DNA of 64,000 nucleotides from Camelus ferus (GCF_009834535.1 NC_045696.1:114888001-114952000); one strand, 5' to 3'. Positions 36,804 to 50,002 are shown, numbered from the stretch's first letter. Notes: a model not told the origin generated them from the sequence alone. Numbers and translations are program-made.

Positions 36804-37583
36804 AGCTCAGCTCCTGAAATAGTACACTCTAATAAAAGGTATGTTGTTTTTTCAAACCAAGATCATTTAGTAACCTATTCAGGTTTCCCTAGTGATCTTG
36901 GAATGTAATTAGCCTAGATTTGCAGAAAATTTAACCTAAGTCCCCTTTCATGTTGTATATTAGGTTGAGCCACATGAAATTGTCATTTTGATGGTCAAAA
37001 ATAGCTTACTGCCTGTACTTCCATACAGTTCAAAGTCATGTGCTAAGTTTGACCTTTCTCTTGTCTGAGGGGACTCGGAGTTAAGGTACACTTTGAAGTA
37101 AAGGAGAATGATAGAAAATTTGGCTGGAATGGTAGACGGAGGACAGGTCGATAAGGACACTGGATGCCAATAATAAGAAGTTCTAAACACAACGTGGACT
37201 CGCTAAGAAGCTGCTGAAGATGTTACGTCTGGGGTGTGACGCCATCAGCCCTGATGTTAGGAAGGTAACACTTTGTAGGGCCAGCATGCCTTCTGCCTCT
37301 GACGATGAGCAGGCCTGCTCCCTGTGTCTTATATATCCTTTCTGTTGCTTGGGTCATAGCCAGACAGAAAGTTTGCATTGTTATTAATAGTTCTGGAAGG
37401 CTCCATGCCTTATTTACATCAGTCATTTTGCATCCTTAGAGGTTTTCAGCTACTTTTGGCAATAGCTTTGCTATGTGCTCCCACTTCTGGTTCGTTTTCA
37501 TGTTCTGCATAGGGATCTTTTATAGTCATTTTGTCAGTATTTCATTGTGAGAGCCCCAAACCTCCCTAGACCTCTACATAAAT

Positions 37584-38074
37584 TATAACTCAGCAGGACC
37601 CTGGGGGGCCTTCCAGGGACAGACCCTCCCCCGTGTCCTCTGCTGCAGCTCTTCTCTGAAGGATCCAGATAATAGTATCTCATGTATATTTCCTGAGTTT
37701 TTCAGATGCTAAAACCCACCACCAAAGGGAAGAAATTAACTACTTGATGATCATGAGCACGTAGCCCCCAGACCTTCTGGCACCTAAGGACTGATAATGT
37801 TAACTGCCCTGTTACCTCAACATTAACCATTCAGAGAACTGTGCACCAGCTGATCACTATTCTGGGATGCCTCTCCCTCACCTTGCCTTTAAAAATGCTT
37901 TGCTGAAACCCTTCGGGGAGTTTGGGGATTTCTAGGGCCACCCCCTCCCCTCTCCCGCCCCGCCCGCGGCAGTGTCCTTGCTCAGCCCTGCAGTAAACCT
38001 CTCTCTGCTCCAGACTCTGTTGTTATGGTTTGGCCTCACTGTCCATTTGGCACACGAATTTGCATTTGGTAACA
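37584..38074 (+). mobile_element. ERV1-class solo LTR with 4-bp target-site duplication
   Basis: Ends tataac...ggtaaca; AAAT on both sides (37580-37583, 38075-38078); TATA-like tttaaaa near 37888 and poly(A) signal-like agtaaa near 37992. Confidence 0.85.
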
Positions 38075-38218
38075 AAATAACAAGGCATTGTTGAAATGAA
38101 AGACGAAATTACTTGATGGTAATTCGGAGTCTTCATCTGTAGGATCATGCCTAATCATATATATTATAATTATTTTCAATACGATGGAGCTAGTAATGAT
38201 AATATCCATCAGTCAGTG

Positions 38219-38800
38219 TGTTAGGTAGCTAGACAGGTGGGGGCACTGGGCAGGTAAGGTGGAGGAGAGAGAGGATGGTCTGGAAGATGGGGTCATGCCC
38301 ACCTCCAGCATAAAAAGACTTTACTTCCTCTAAATGATCGCCAGCAAGAAACCGGTTAGCACCTGACAGCTGCGACTGTGCGGTAGCAGAAAGGACTTAA
38401 CTGGACATGACTCAGTGCTCATTGTAATATAATTAACATTGCAGTTTAGTGCCCTAGCATGGGTTTTCCTGTGTGTCTGGGTAAGGACATGTGCAAAAGG
38501 GGACAAGCATGACTAAGCACTCCAGGGGCAAGAGCTGTCAATCAAAAGACCACCTCTAAGCGAGAGTATACAAGGAGGGGCAAACCCTCCCCTGGGTCAG
38601 TCTCCTGTCTGAGTTCTTACCTTTCAGATATGACAAGAACTGGGGTCTGTCTTTTCCCTTCCCCTTTTGGGGTAACGGGTGTACATTTAAGAAACAAGTT
38701 TAACTACAGAGCCTTGGATATATATTTCTTTGTTCAACATGTAGGAATCTCTGATGCTTATCATTTATTTTCTAGACCTGAAGTTCTCGCCATCGGCATA
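38219..38800 (+). mobile_element. probable LTR (ERV1-like, family unassigned)
   Basis: Starts tgttaggtagctagacagg; TATA-like gtatacaa followed by a pyrimidine-rich R-like segment; right end uncertain. Confidence 0.5.
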
Positions 38801-38974
38801 TTAACTACTTCTTTTTTGGTTACAATCAAAAGAATTAGAATTAAACCACAACATCATGCTAATTTCACCAAACTTTTGATTGATCAAGCTGTCAGGAAAC
38901 TAAATAAAGAATGTGTTTGGAATTCATGCTTTAAGTGGAATAAAATTTACTTCAGTCTGTGGATTAGGGCAATA

Positions 38975-39205
38975 ATGACAACAGTAACAACACTAGTAAT
39001 AGTTGTCAGTGTTAATTCTGCTCCAGGCTCCATGCCAACAGTGTATTATCTCATTTAATCGCCTTGAACAGCTCTACTGTTTTAATGATCAAGAAACTGA
39101 GGTCAGGACAAATTAGGCAGCAAGTCCAAGGGCATGCAGACAGCAAGAGGGGCAGCCAGGATTCTAAGGGAGGCCATTCGATCCAGGAATCATGAATTAA
39201 GCCAA
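38975..39205 (-). mobile_element. MIR
   Basis: tattatctcatttaatc...gaaactgaggtcagg...gcagccaggattc. Confidence 0.7.
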
Positions 39206-39665
39206 TAATTTATAGAGTCTCCCCAGGTAAGTTAGGGAGCCTGCCACTGACACGTTTTGCCTCTCTTGGATGTTTTGCGGTGTCTGTGGAGAAAACGCCT
39301 TCTTTCAAATGCATGAGTCACCCTGCTGTTCCTACTCATCCTAGTCCGACACTTGGCTCTCGGTTAGGGCTTCAAAAACTCCAGGCAAAATTTCATTTCA
39401 TTTCCCATACACCCTGCTTGTCACATGACTACTGCTTTTTCTTCTTTTTTCTCTCATCCACCTGTTTCCCACTCTTTCATTCTCCCTTGGTTTGTGACTT
39501 TCTCTAAAGGTCAATACTCTTGTCCGTTGATGTATCTCTCTTGCTTGTCCTACGGGACCATTTCATACATAGAAGACACATTCCAATCATTACTCTCATT
39601 GGACCAAAACGTGGTGGTGTCTGTGCTCTCACAGTTAGCAGCATGCTTTAAAATATAGTCATCAA

Positions 39666-39882
39666 GGGGCTGAGGGAATAGCTCAGTTGTAGAGTGCATG
39701 CCTAGCATGCCTGAGGTCCTGGGTTCAATCCCCTGTACCTCTATTAAAAGAACAAATAACCTAATTATCACTCCCCCCAGCAAAATGAAAATATAATAAA
39801 TAACTATTAAAAAATGAAATAGTTGAACAGACCATTTTTTAAAAATTAAATTTAAAAAAAAGAAGAAAGTTTAAAAAAATAA
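39666..39882 (+). mobile_element. tRNA-Ala-derived camelid SINE (vic-1 type)
   Basis: A box tagctcagttgtaga, B box ggttcaatccc, long A-rich tail, exact target-site duplication taaaatatagtcat (39649-39662, 39883-39896). Confidence 0.95.
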
Positions 39883-41799
39883 TAAAATATAGTCATTTGG
39901 TTGATTAACCGTTCTCTGCTTTGGGGAAAAGTGATTATGTCTGTATTCCCTGTTGTTTACTCCTGAGGACAACTGTGTACTTTCTCCTCCATGAATCTGC
40001 TTCCCATTACCCATGGGTCCTCAGCTGATCTGGCTCCTTCTGTTTATCTGAATTCTTTTCTCTAACCTTTGAGCATCATTGCATTTCGTGCATGTTGTTT
40101 TAAATGCTCCTAATGGAGCAGCATGCCTTTGTCTCCGTGGTAGGCACCCTACCACTTGCTGGCAACATATCTTTTTAATCCTAAGTGTCAGAGCCTAGAA
40201 AAACATTTCACTCTGACTATTTCTATTTCTGCTTTTCACTTTTTTGCTGAGTCTTTTCCCTGGGACTGTTCATGCTGACTCTCCCTAATCAGTCATCAGC
40301 GAGCCGCCTGGAAACTCCATGTCTCTGCTGCCCGGCACGCCACACAGCAGGATCCACAGCCCTCCTGGGTGCCAGAATTCTCTTCATTTTTCTGCAGAGT
40401 GGTCATCATTTGGTTGTCTGCATGCTGCATCTTAGAATGAACCACAACTGCTTGTTTCTTTCAAAAAACTCCCCTTGGAAATGACACTGGCCCATTGCTT
40501 CTTCCACCAAAGTCTGCCTGCTTAGTTGGGAGTTTGGGGGCCTGTTTTCTGGAGGCTGAGCAGGCCACGTCTCCTGTCTCTCCTCTCTTTCTGCCATGTT
40601 TTCACTATGAGCATAACATTTCAAAGACAGTTACTTTAGCAAATACTTATGGCTCAGATCACAGTGTTTCATAACAAAAAACAACCTTTTAAAATGAATT
40701 TTAAAATGTTTTAAAGATACCACCTTTTTTGTACATGTCCTGTCACACTCTGCTTTTAAATGATAAGTAACTTTTTAATTGAAACGGTATTATGCTTGAA
40801 TTTCATGTGGCACTTGGCTTAACATTCAAAATATCTTTAAAAAAAAAAAAAAAAGGGATGGGGAGAGATTTTGCTAGATGAGCACTTGGGAACAAGGCTG
40901 AACAACTCTGTGTCTCCAAGCGAATCTAAATGGCCTTATTTGGTCCTATGAAGACAGGGTTGGAAAGTTATGTCTTGCCTTCTAGTATATTTTACTCTAC
41001 TGATCGTTTTCAACCTGACTGCTTTTTAATGGAGATCAGACTAAATGATATAAGTGATTTAACACACTCCATCCAGAACGCTTTATGTTCACTGTACAGT
41101 TCATTGATACCCAGATGCAGGCTAACAATAGACTACTGGATGTTCAGTGATTTTCTTGCACAGACAGCAGTATATAAATCTGCAGTGTTGACTTTATGTG
41201 CAAATCTTTTGGGTAACCTAAAAACACTGTAAAATGATTAAGTGACACTGTTTTAAATTTTTTCCTATTAGACATATGTTTAAAAGTATTTGACACCTAT
41301 ATCTTGCAATACTGTCATACTAAAGGATAAATTCAGCACGTCTCTGCACTGATTTTAGCTATTTTTATTCAATTCTCATATAAATGTCTTTTGCCTGGAA
41401 TATCAAGGAATGCTTTAAAATGTGCAATATTTTATTTCCCTGATTATTCATATTTCATGCTACTTTTAAAAACATTTATTGATTTATTTTTGAATTAAAG
41501 CATTTGTGCCAATTACAGTATTTTTGAAAATAGCATGCCAGTGAGAAAGCTGGGGTGAGTTAGCATTCCAGGATACTGCTTATGAGATCATTTGATGGCT
41601 CCATCATCTACTTATTTTTGGTGCACACTGTTTTAAATCTATGATACATATTTTTACCATTTACTGTATTCAAGTTGACTTCTTTCTTCCTCATCTTAAA
41701 TGTCTCTCTGTCAATAATTTTAACCATGTAAATCCCCCTTTTTGAGGTCCAGTTCATGCTAATTATACTAGAACTTTAATTTAATGTATTAGCTTGATA

Positions 41800-41971
41800 A
41801 AATGACCAACCATCTGGTTTACCCAGGACTAATAGTGTTCTCTGGGAGCAGGACCTCCAGTTACCCCAGGAAAACCATTTCAGTTTGCTTGGAGAAAGGG
41901 GTTGCCTGGGAATATAGCATTTTTAGGGTTAAAATAAGTTCTAGGTGAACCAGGATGACCAGCAACCTTAC
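41800..41971. mobile_element. MER81-like hAT-Blackjack MITE, apparent tandem pair
   Basis: tgaccaaccatctggtttacccaggact... and aaccatttcagtttgcttggaga...aaccaggatgaccagcaacctta. Confidence 0.55.
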
Positions 41972-42489
41972 ATCCTGATTGTAATTACAGTTTTCATTTA
42001 GAGCATTTTTAGGCATGCTTCTTGGTATTGAAGTAAGTATTAAAGATATTCTGGTGTAACCTAATACAGACAGGTCAAATAAGTTTTAATGTTTTTTTTT
42101 TAATTAATTTCTTCTTGATCACAAATTGTTCAAGAAAGTGTTATCTGTTTTATTTCTGGTATGATCACTTTGGTTTCCATGACAATAGCTGTGGAGTGAC
42201 TTCAGTTTACCTTTTGCTTCCAGGATGTGGTCCTCCCAGTGGAGTGACTCTCTGAACACAGTCAGATAACATCTCCTCCTGCTACGTGCTTATGACTCGA
42301 GGTCTTTTATGAATAGTCCGTGCCTTTTCTTCCCAGGATTTCCTGGTTCTGTCAGCTTCTGTCTTCATCACATCACCCTGTTCCTCCTCCACGCCTGGAC
42401 CTCATCCCATCCAACTGCCCTGTTTGGATGAGAGTTTAACCTCTGGATTTCAGCTCAGGCTCCTTCCCTTGGTTGTGCTGGCTGAGGAC

Positions 42490-42712
42490 AAGGACTTCAG
42501 AACTGGGTGGTGTAGCTCACATGTCCCCTCCACTGTTCACCAGCCAGGGGACCCTGGGCAAGTTACCTCACCTCTCTGTGCCTCTACTCTGAACTGCTTA
42601 ATTAGGGCAGTAATAGATCTCTGCCTCATATCGTAAAGATTAAAATTCCTGCATCTAAAGCACCTAAGTCAATCCATAGCATATAGTAAGTATTGGTAAG
42701 TGCTGATATTAT
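42490..42712 (+). mobile_element. MIR
   Basis: gaccctgggcaagttacctcacctctctgtgcctc. Confidence 0.85.
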
Positions 42713-43721
42713 TAATCTTGTTGTTTTGTTTTTAAATCTGACCATTGTAGTCAGTTACCACTTACCTGACTGCAGTTACCCTCACCCCTGATCTTACTGA
42801 ATTGGTTAATTTGTAAGTCAATTTGGTAGATCTTGGTTAAAATCTAAGCACCTAGACCTGAGAAAATGACTTCTTTAATCAGTTCTAAGCAGTGCTTGGC
42901 GCTTACAGACACCGAGTTCCTTCATAAACTCAGCATCACTGGCCTCACGCAGCCAGCTCACCCCACGCCAGCTACAGGGTACTCTTTGACGTCCTTACTT
43001 CTGGCCTCTGTCTATAATAAATTGAATCTTTCAGCAATATGGGATTCATCTGACTCAACCTCCAGTAAATCGGAATCCATGATAGAATAAAGTCATTTCT
43101 ACTGAAATTCGCCGAATCAACATTTTGATATAAAATACATTTCTTAACTTTCAAACCATATGTAGAATGTCTTTTTGTTTGTTTGTTTTGATCAACTTCT
43201 CTTCATTTGCCTGTGGCCTGAATCAGCTGTGTAATTTATCTAAATGGGCAAAGGGAAGAAACATTGTCAAAATGACTTCATTTTATTCTCAGGGAGGATG
43301 GGTTTTTGATGTAAAACTTTAATTTGAAGGGAGAAGTCAGATGTAGTTTCTCAGTGTGAACCTTTTTAGAGTTCTATGCTGCTGGGCTTTCAAATGTTAA
43401 TATAAAAGTGATATGTGCATGAGAATACCATTGTGAGTAGGTTCCATCAGTCCTGGTCTTTGAGTTTCAGGGGTACGGCCTCCGAGTAGACGGAGCTAAT
43501 TGGTGGCACTAAGTGTAAATGAGTTGAGGTGGGTCCTGGCCAGGCTCAGTTGCCTCCATTACTTCCTCCTGTTCTTGCTTTTGTTTCATCCCTCACAACC
43601 TCTTTCTGCTACTTCTCTACCATCTTATTTCAATGTAACCGCATTAATTGAAAGGTTCATGATACCATGCCCTAGACAAGGCATGGGTAGGAGAGATAAA
43701 AACAATAAAAGCCAAGAAAAA

Positions 43722-44430
43722 GTCTGTGAATCTGTTTGTGTTTTGTAAATAAGTTCGTTTGTCTTTTTTGTTTAGATTCCACATATAAATGGTGTCATGC
43801 GGTGTTTTTCTTTCTCTTTCTGGCTTACTTCACTTAGAATGACAATCTCCAGGTCCATCCATATTGCTGCAAATGGCTTTATTTTATTCTTTTTTATGGC
43901 TGAGTAGTATTCCATTGTATAGATACACCACAACTTCTTTATCCAGTCAACTGTGGATGGACATTTAGGTTGTTTCCATGTCATGGCTGTTGTAAATAGT
44001 GCTGCTATGAACATTGGGGTGCATGTATTTTTTTGAATTAGAGTTCCCTCTGGATATATGCCCAAGGGTGGGATTGCTGGATCATATGGTAAGTCTATTT
44101 TTAGTCTTTTGAGGAATCTCCATACTGTTTTCTATAATGGCTACGTAGAAAGCAAACTTATGGTTACCAGGGGCAGAAGGGGGTGGGAAGGGATAAACTG
44201 GGAGTTCGAGATTTGCAGATGCTAACTACTATATATGAAATAGATAAACAACAAGTTCATACTGTATAGCACAGGGAACTACACTCAGTATCTTGTAGTA
44301 CCTTATGGTGAAGAAGAATATGAAAATGAATATATGCATGTTCATGTATGACTGAAGCACTGTCCTGTACACCAGAAATGGACACAGCATTATAAACTGA
44401 CTATACTTCAGTAAAACATATATATTTTTA
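43722..44430 (+). mobile_element. 5'-inverted (twin-primed) L1 with target-site duplication
   Basis: Antisense 43722-44142 (ORF 43772-44065, CTPMFIAALFT...WKQPKCPS, is the ORF2 C-terminus) joined to sense 3'UTR 44143-44430; flanks aaaagccaagaaaaa / aaaagccaataaaaa. Confidence 0.95.
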
Positions 44431-45254
44431 AAAAGCCAATAAAAAGAAGGGGGAATGCTTGTAAAGAGCAGGCTGAAATGCACACTATTTTTGAGGTACA
44501 GACGGCTGTGCGCTTTTATTTTCTCTTTATTTCCCTCCTCCATTCTCCTCATTTTCATCTTCAGTCTGGCGTCTTCCCTGATCCTCACTGTGTGATCCAT
44601 TGCTGCCTTCCATGCAAAAACCAACAACAACAAAAAGCCACTGTGGCCTTTTGACCCTTGAAAACATGCACTTTCTTTTCCTGGTGACTATTTTGCGTAT
44701 GTTTTTTGAGAGAATAGATCCTATTTTTGAATAGTAATTTTTAAAAAAATTAAGTGTTTTCCTGGAAATTTTTCTTTTCTAATTTGCTTTCTATCCCTCT
44801 TTCATTCTTAAAAAAAATAATAATAAGTTACTCCATAATGTTGAGTTTGCTTAGGGCTTTTTTTTTTTTTTTTCCTAGAACTGTAGATTTCTGATACGAT
44901 CCAGGGTCTGCTGTCTCCGTGTACATGCTGTTTATTTGCTGATCTTAGGAATTTTTGAGGTGTCATTTCTCTTTTGTTGATTTTCTGTGGGTTGTATTTG
45001 TTTTAGGTACCAGGAGCTGAACTAGGATCATAGAGTAGTGTGTTACTTCTTAACGATACTAGTTTTCTCTGAAGTTTCGAGGAGTCGAGAGCAGAAAGTT
45101 CACAGAGTAACCCTCAGTGAAGAAAGTTAGAATTTAGGGAGGGTCTATTTAATAAAATCAATGTTGGAGTCACTGAATCAAGGTGGAAATGGGAGTGTGA
45201 AATTAGCCATTCAATACTTAATTGTGAAATGCCTGTGAATTAGAAATGATGCTA

Positions 45255-45500
45255 ATAGTGATGGCTAACAGTCTTTAGAAGAACCATGTGCTAGCCTCTG
45301 TATTGAACTTTGCATGGGTTATCTTATTTAGATTTTATAACAACCCTCTGGGTGTTACAGCTCTAGATGCCTTATTTATAGATGAGAAAACTGAACCACA
45401 GAGAAATTAAGCTGCCTTCAGTACAGAGAGAGTCAGTGACTAAAACCTATTCACAGTCAGTGAGTTCTGCCTTCCAGCCTGCTGCCTTTAACCAGACCCA
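45255..45500 (-). mobile_element. MIR
   Basis: tttatagatgagaaaactgaaccacagagaaattaag. Confidence 0.75.
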
Positions 45501-45627
45501 GAGTTCTTGCTCTGTGCCTCCCTCCGCCCTTGCATGTCATCGATATGGAAACTGAGGCTGAGAATTCATGAACTTCATTACTTCACAGAACAAATCAGAG
45601 CGGGGTTCCCAGACTTCTCTGTGCTTT

Positions 45628-45777
45628 AGAGCCAGCTGAGGGTTTTTAAAATATTCCGGGTCCAGCCCACACCCTAGACTAATGAAGTCACAGTCCCAGG
45701 GAGAAGGACACAGGCGTCAGTAATTTCTGAAGCTCCCCATGGGATCCCAATTTGCAGACAGTCGTGGAAAACACTGA
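45628..45777. mobile_element. MER5-like MITE
   Basis: cccacaccctagactaatgaagtcacag...caggcgtcagtaatttctgaagctcccca...aaaacactg. Confidence 0.65.
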
Positions 45778-45879
45778 GTTAGAGGAAATGTTTGAAAAAA
45801 GAAATGCATTCTTAAGCTGTTTGCGTTCTACCAGGCACCCCTAGTTGGTTGGGGATTCCCAAAAGAATCTTCCTGCTTT

Positions 45880-46080
45880 CACTCGTATTTGCATATTTAT
45901 CGTGAACCTGGCATTGACCTGCGAACTGTATCTGGGTTATCTGACTCAATCCTCCCATAAAGTACACGAGACACTGCAGCTGAGAGAATTAAGGCAACTT
46001 GCTCAAAGTCACAGACCATGTTAGCAATGGAGCCAGTGTTCAACACGCAAGTTGGCTTGACTCAAACCCAAGACGCTGGA
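45880..46080 (-). mobile_element. MIR
   Basis: gagaattaaggcaacttgctcaaagtcacag...aatggagccagtgttcaacac. Confidence 0.7.
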
Positions 46081-48149
46081 ATCTGGGAATAACATTGATT
46101 GTCTCTATTCTGAAGTCCCTTTTCTTTGTCTCCATCTTTAGACTACCTGGGACCCTGTCTGTGTTGTGGGTCTCTTTGCTGACCCTGCCCCCTCCCGAAG
46201 CTCTGAGGTTGGGGAGCATCCAAATTTAGCACAACTACGGTTGCTCCCAGGTCTAGAGTCTTAATCATGCTAACTGCTGCATTTAGAGTCTTATCTATAT
46301 TTAGGTTCCAGCTGTTCTTGCGATGAAACTGCTGGAGCACAGAAACTATCTCTGTCTTGAGTTCCCCGTGCAGTTCAACTTAAAAAATTAAAGAAAGAAA
46401 AGAAAAAGATCTACCACCAACATCCTTGAAATCTGTGCGTCCAGCATTGCCCCTCCCACCTGAGTCTCCTTTTATGGGAGATCTTGCTTGCTGAGCTCTT
46501 TTGTGATGTTCTTAATGCCTGTTAGTAGCTCTGTAACTCTGCACACACTTTAAGGATCCCTAATCACATCTTGTGTGGCAAATCATGAGATAGGTACACG
46601 GAAGTCAGGCTTTCCTGAGCACCCATGAGTGAAAGATTCATAGCGAGGAATACAAAGTAAATATTTGTATGGCACTTTTGAAATTTTGTCTTTAAAATCA
46701 ACAGAGTTGCTCATTTTAATTTGATTAGTAAGACCGAAAAGACGCCGTCATTTAATTCCAGATGTCATTGCCTTTTGTTCAGTTTCTATCACAGCACTTG
46801 AGACATGGAAAATGACTAAAAACACGTTGAATAAATGAATGAATGAGGTGTACTGGAGCGGGGAGCAGTATGCAGAGTGATACACACACACAGCCTGCTT
46901 CCTGGACCTGTCACTTGTGCAGTCACCTGGGGCTCCTGGCTCAGAAGGCATGTAACATTCTGCCTCCTGTCTTAGAATTCCTAATAATTTGTAAAAAGGG
47001 TCTCCAGTTTTCACTTTTTGCCAGTTGCCACAGATTACGTAGAAGAGCCTAGGATCATAACAGCTGGTCCTGTGTGGAGGGTACACACTGAAACAGAAAC
47101 TTAGTCTCCAAAATGATTCAGCAGAACAGTGCAGGGTTCGTAGCACTGAACGTGTTGATCACACGTACCTGAGAAATCTTTTGGTTATTGTAATGAGCGT
47201 AGAAATTAATACAGATATCAAAAGATTTCCTTTCGAATTTGGCTGAATAATCATGGTGTGTATAGCCATGCTCATGTTTCTCGTGTATGTAGCTGTGATT
47301 AATAAAACACTATTCTGTTTAACATCTTTCCCTGAATTCATAAATGCTAGAAGTCCAACCATTACTACGTCAGGGAGTTAGGCATCTATTTTGACATTAA
47401 AGTTGTCCTTGACATAATCGATGCCCTGTTTTAAACCTACCTGAATGCATTAAAATGAAATTTCCCATCTCTGCCCACAGAGATGAAAATATGTGAAAAT
47501 GTAAGAGTAATTTTAAAAGAATACGTATTTGACCTTAAATAAGTTCTTATTCTGGAAACAAGGTGCACATGCATCGATCTGGAGGATTTCAGAGCAGATA
47601 CAGGTCCAGTATCCTAGGGACTCCATTACGCACCCATGGACAGGGAACGAGAGAGTGACTAGAGGCTCCTGCATGAGGTCAGGACCCTGCAGGGGTAGTT
47701 CCTCCATAAAAGGGGATTTAAATAACTCTACCCACGAAACTGGAAGTGGCCAGGAGGCTTTCTATCTGGGCTGTAAGTGTGTGTGGGTAAGGGAGGGGCG
47801 TGGGTGGAAATTACATTTCCAAACCTGGGCTCTGGAAGTATAGAGTCCAAATTCACACAGCCTGTGCATTGTGAGTGTAATTTCAAAAATGAACATTTAC
47901 ACTCCACCGAATTCAACGAAACAACTGACCACCCTGTAAAAGCAAAGGTCAGATATCTTTGTAGGGACGCTTTCTACCCGGGGCACACAGGGTCCCCCAG
48001 GGCAATGCAGCCCAAATTAAGGTTCAGCGCGCATGAATAGAACACAAGGAGGGGGAAAAGGCAAACACGAGGAGGACGGGGACTCACATCTGAAAACTGG
48101 GTCAAAGGGAACCCTCTCAAAGAAACTCTGCACAGTAACTTCTAAAATT

Positions 48150-49800
48150 ATTGGTGTGATAGAGAACTGGAGTAATTCAATTAGAGAATGAGAAACTAAT
48201 CAGACAATTTCAAATGCAAATACAATAGAGAGACTTAAAACTCAACAGGTAAATTAATAGGCAGATTTGACAATTTTGAAGAAGGAATTACTAGTCTGTT
48301 GGAAGATACACAGGGGGAAATCACCAGGAGAACTTACAAAGCTATAAAACAAGACAATTCTAAAAGGGCCATTAATAGAAATGGAGTTTAGAAAGATCAG
48401 GTACAATCTATGTGATGACAGACTGCCCATAGTGAGATAAAATGAAAAAGAGACAATAAAGAAAAAAACTAATCAGTGATTTTCTGAAATTGTTCACATA
48501 AAGGCATCTATCCTTCCCAGACAATAATTACACATAGTTCTAAAAAGAGTAACTGACAGTGCAGAACATCTTCAAAATACAATCAAAATGAAGAGAACAT
48601 TTTAAAAGAAAGCAGAAGAAAAAAGACAACTTGAACTTACCTACAAAAAAATTAATTTGACTGACAGTTGAATTCATATCAAGCACAAGTTAATGAAAGA
48701 TTATTTTCAGAGCACTAGTGGGAAATAAATATTATAAAATTCTATACCCAGCTTAATATCATTTAATAGGAAATTTGAAGTGAAGACAAGATAAAACCCT
48801 GAATTTTCCACTCAGAGAACTCTACTGAAAGAAGTCCAAAGTTGTAGTTCTATAAGAAATAAATTGAATCTGTAACAAACAAGTTAGATGCAAGGAGAAA
48901 TTCAGTTCCAACACACAGGTGAACATATAATTAAATCCAAATATAGATGGTTGTACAATGAAAAACATTTTAATTTGGGTAGACTGTTAAGAACAAGGCA
49001 TGCTAAAATAGTAGAAAGCCATAAAAATGAAAATAGGAGGAGAAATATGTTATTAACGTTAGACTTTGTTGCCAAGCGTACAACTTAACAATTAAATGCA
49101 ACTGCTAAAAGCATTTTTAAAAAAGTGAATTCATTTGCTGCAAATGAATATGAAGGGGAAAGATGAATAAATTAAAATCTATAAATCCAATAGATTATCA
49201 GGAATGGGGAAAATGGGGAAGAAGCAATGATAACAAAAAAAATATGGTAGAACTCAATCTAAATCAAGCAAAGTAAATATTCATTTTATTTCATTTTCCA
49301 GTTATAAGACAGAAATTATTTGTGAAATTAGAAACCCAAAATAGTAGAATTTTGATATCTTTACAAGGGATACAGCTAAAAGATAATGAACAGAAAAGTC
49401 AAAACAGAACTGGAAAGAACTCTGCTAACCAAAAGAGCACTGTTTAGCAACACTAATATAAGAAACAATGGACTTTCACAAAAGTATTACCCAAAATGTG
49501 GAGTTATTTTGTCCTAAGAAAAGGAATAATTCACTGTGTCTTCATGGAATCCCAAACAGATGTACACTTAACAACACAGCCAAAAACCAAATATATACAG
49601 CAAACATTCATGGAAGAAAAATGAGCTTCAATTTTACCTGTCATGTAATTTCTTAAGACAATAATATCTGTAAAATGGGTCAAACGGAATGTTGTCAACT
49701 GAATGTTAACCTGTATTAAATCTGAGTGGTAGATTCACTGAATCTTTTATACTATTCCTTGGACTTCCTAATGTTCAAAATATTTTCTAAATGACATTAA
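48150..49800 (+). mobile_element. ancient L1 (L1M-type) ORF1 to ORF2-endonuclease remnant
   Basis: A-rich; ORF1-like gagaacattttaaaagaaagcagaagaaaaaagac and aaaattctatacccagc; endonuclease-like ttacaagggatacagcta and tagcaacactaatataagaaacaatggacttt. No intact frame. Confidence 0.7.
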
Positions 49801-50002
49801 AAAACTTTAGTGGCTGTTGCACCTTAAAAATTGGGAAACTATTGTTCCCAGAGTTCACCTGAACTAAGCTAGAGTTTTATGTATATGTGTATATACATAT
49901 ATGCATATATGTTTAACTTTATGAATGCAATGAATATTTTTTTTTAATGTCTACTGTTTTCCAGCCATGAAGGCAGGTGAGGAGCTTGGCATGTAAGATG
50001 AA

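Noticed and set aside
38630..39058. 142-aa ORF
   Set aside because: Runs across an LTR-like element, unique DNA and a MIR; no homology recognised.
39666..39745. tRNA-Ala(AGC) gene
   Set aside because: Mismatched stems, an A-rich tail and a target-site duplication identify it as a SINE.
40930..41232. 100-aa ATG-initiated ORF
   Set aside because: No recognisable family, promoter or splice context; within chance expectation.
43772..44065. L1 ORF2-like ORFs (also 9094-9288 and 56436-56666) as host genes
   Set aside because: They are fragments of truncated L1 copies.
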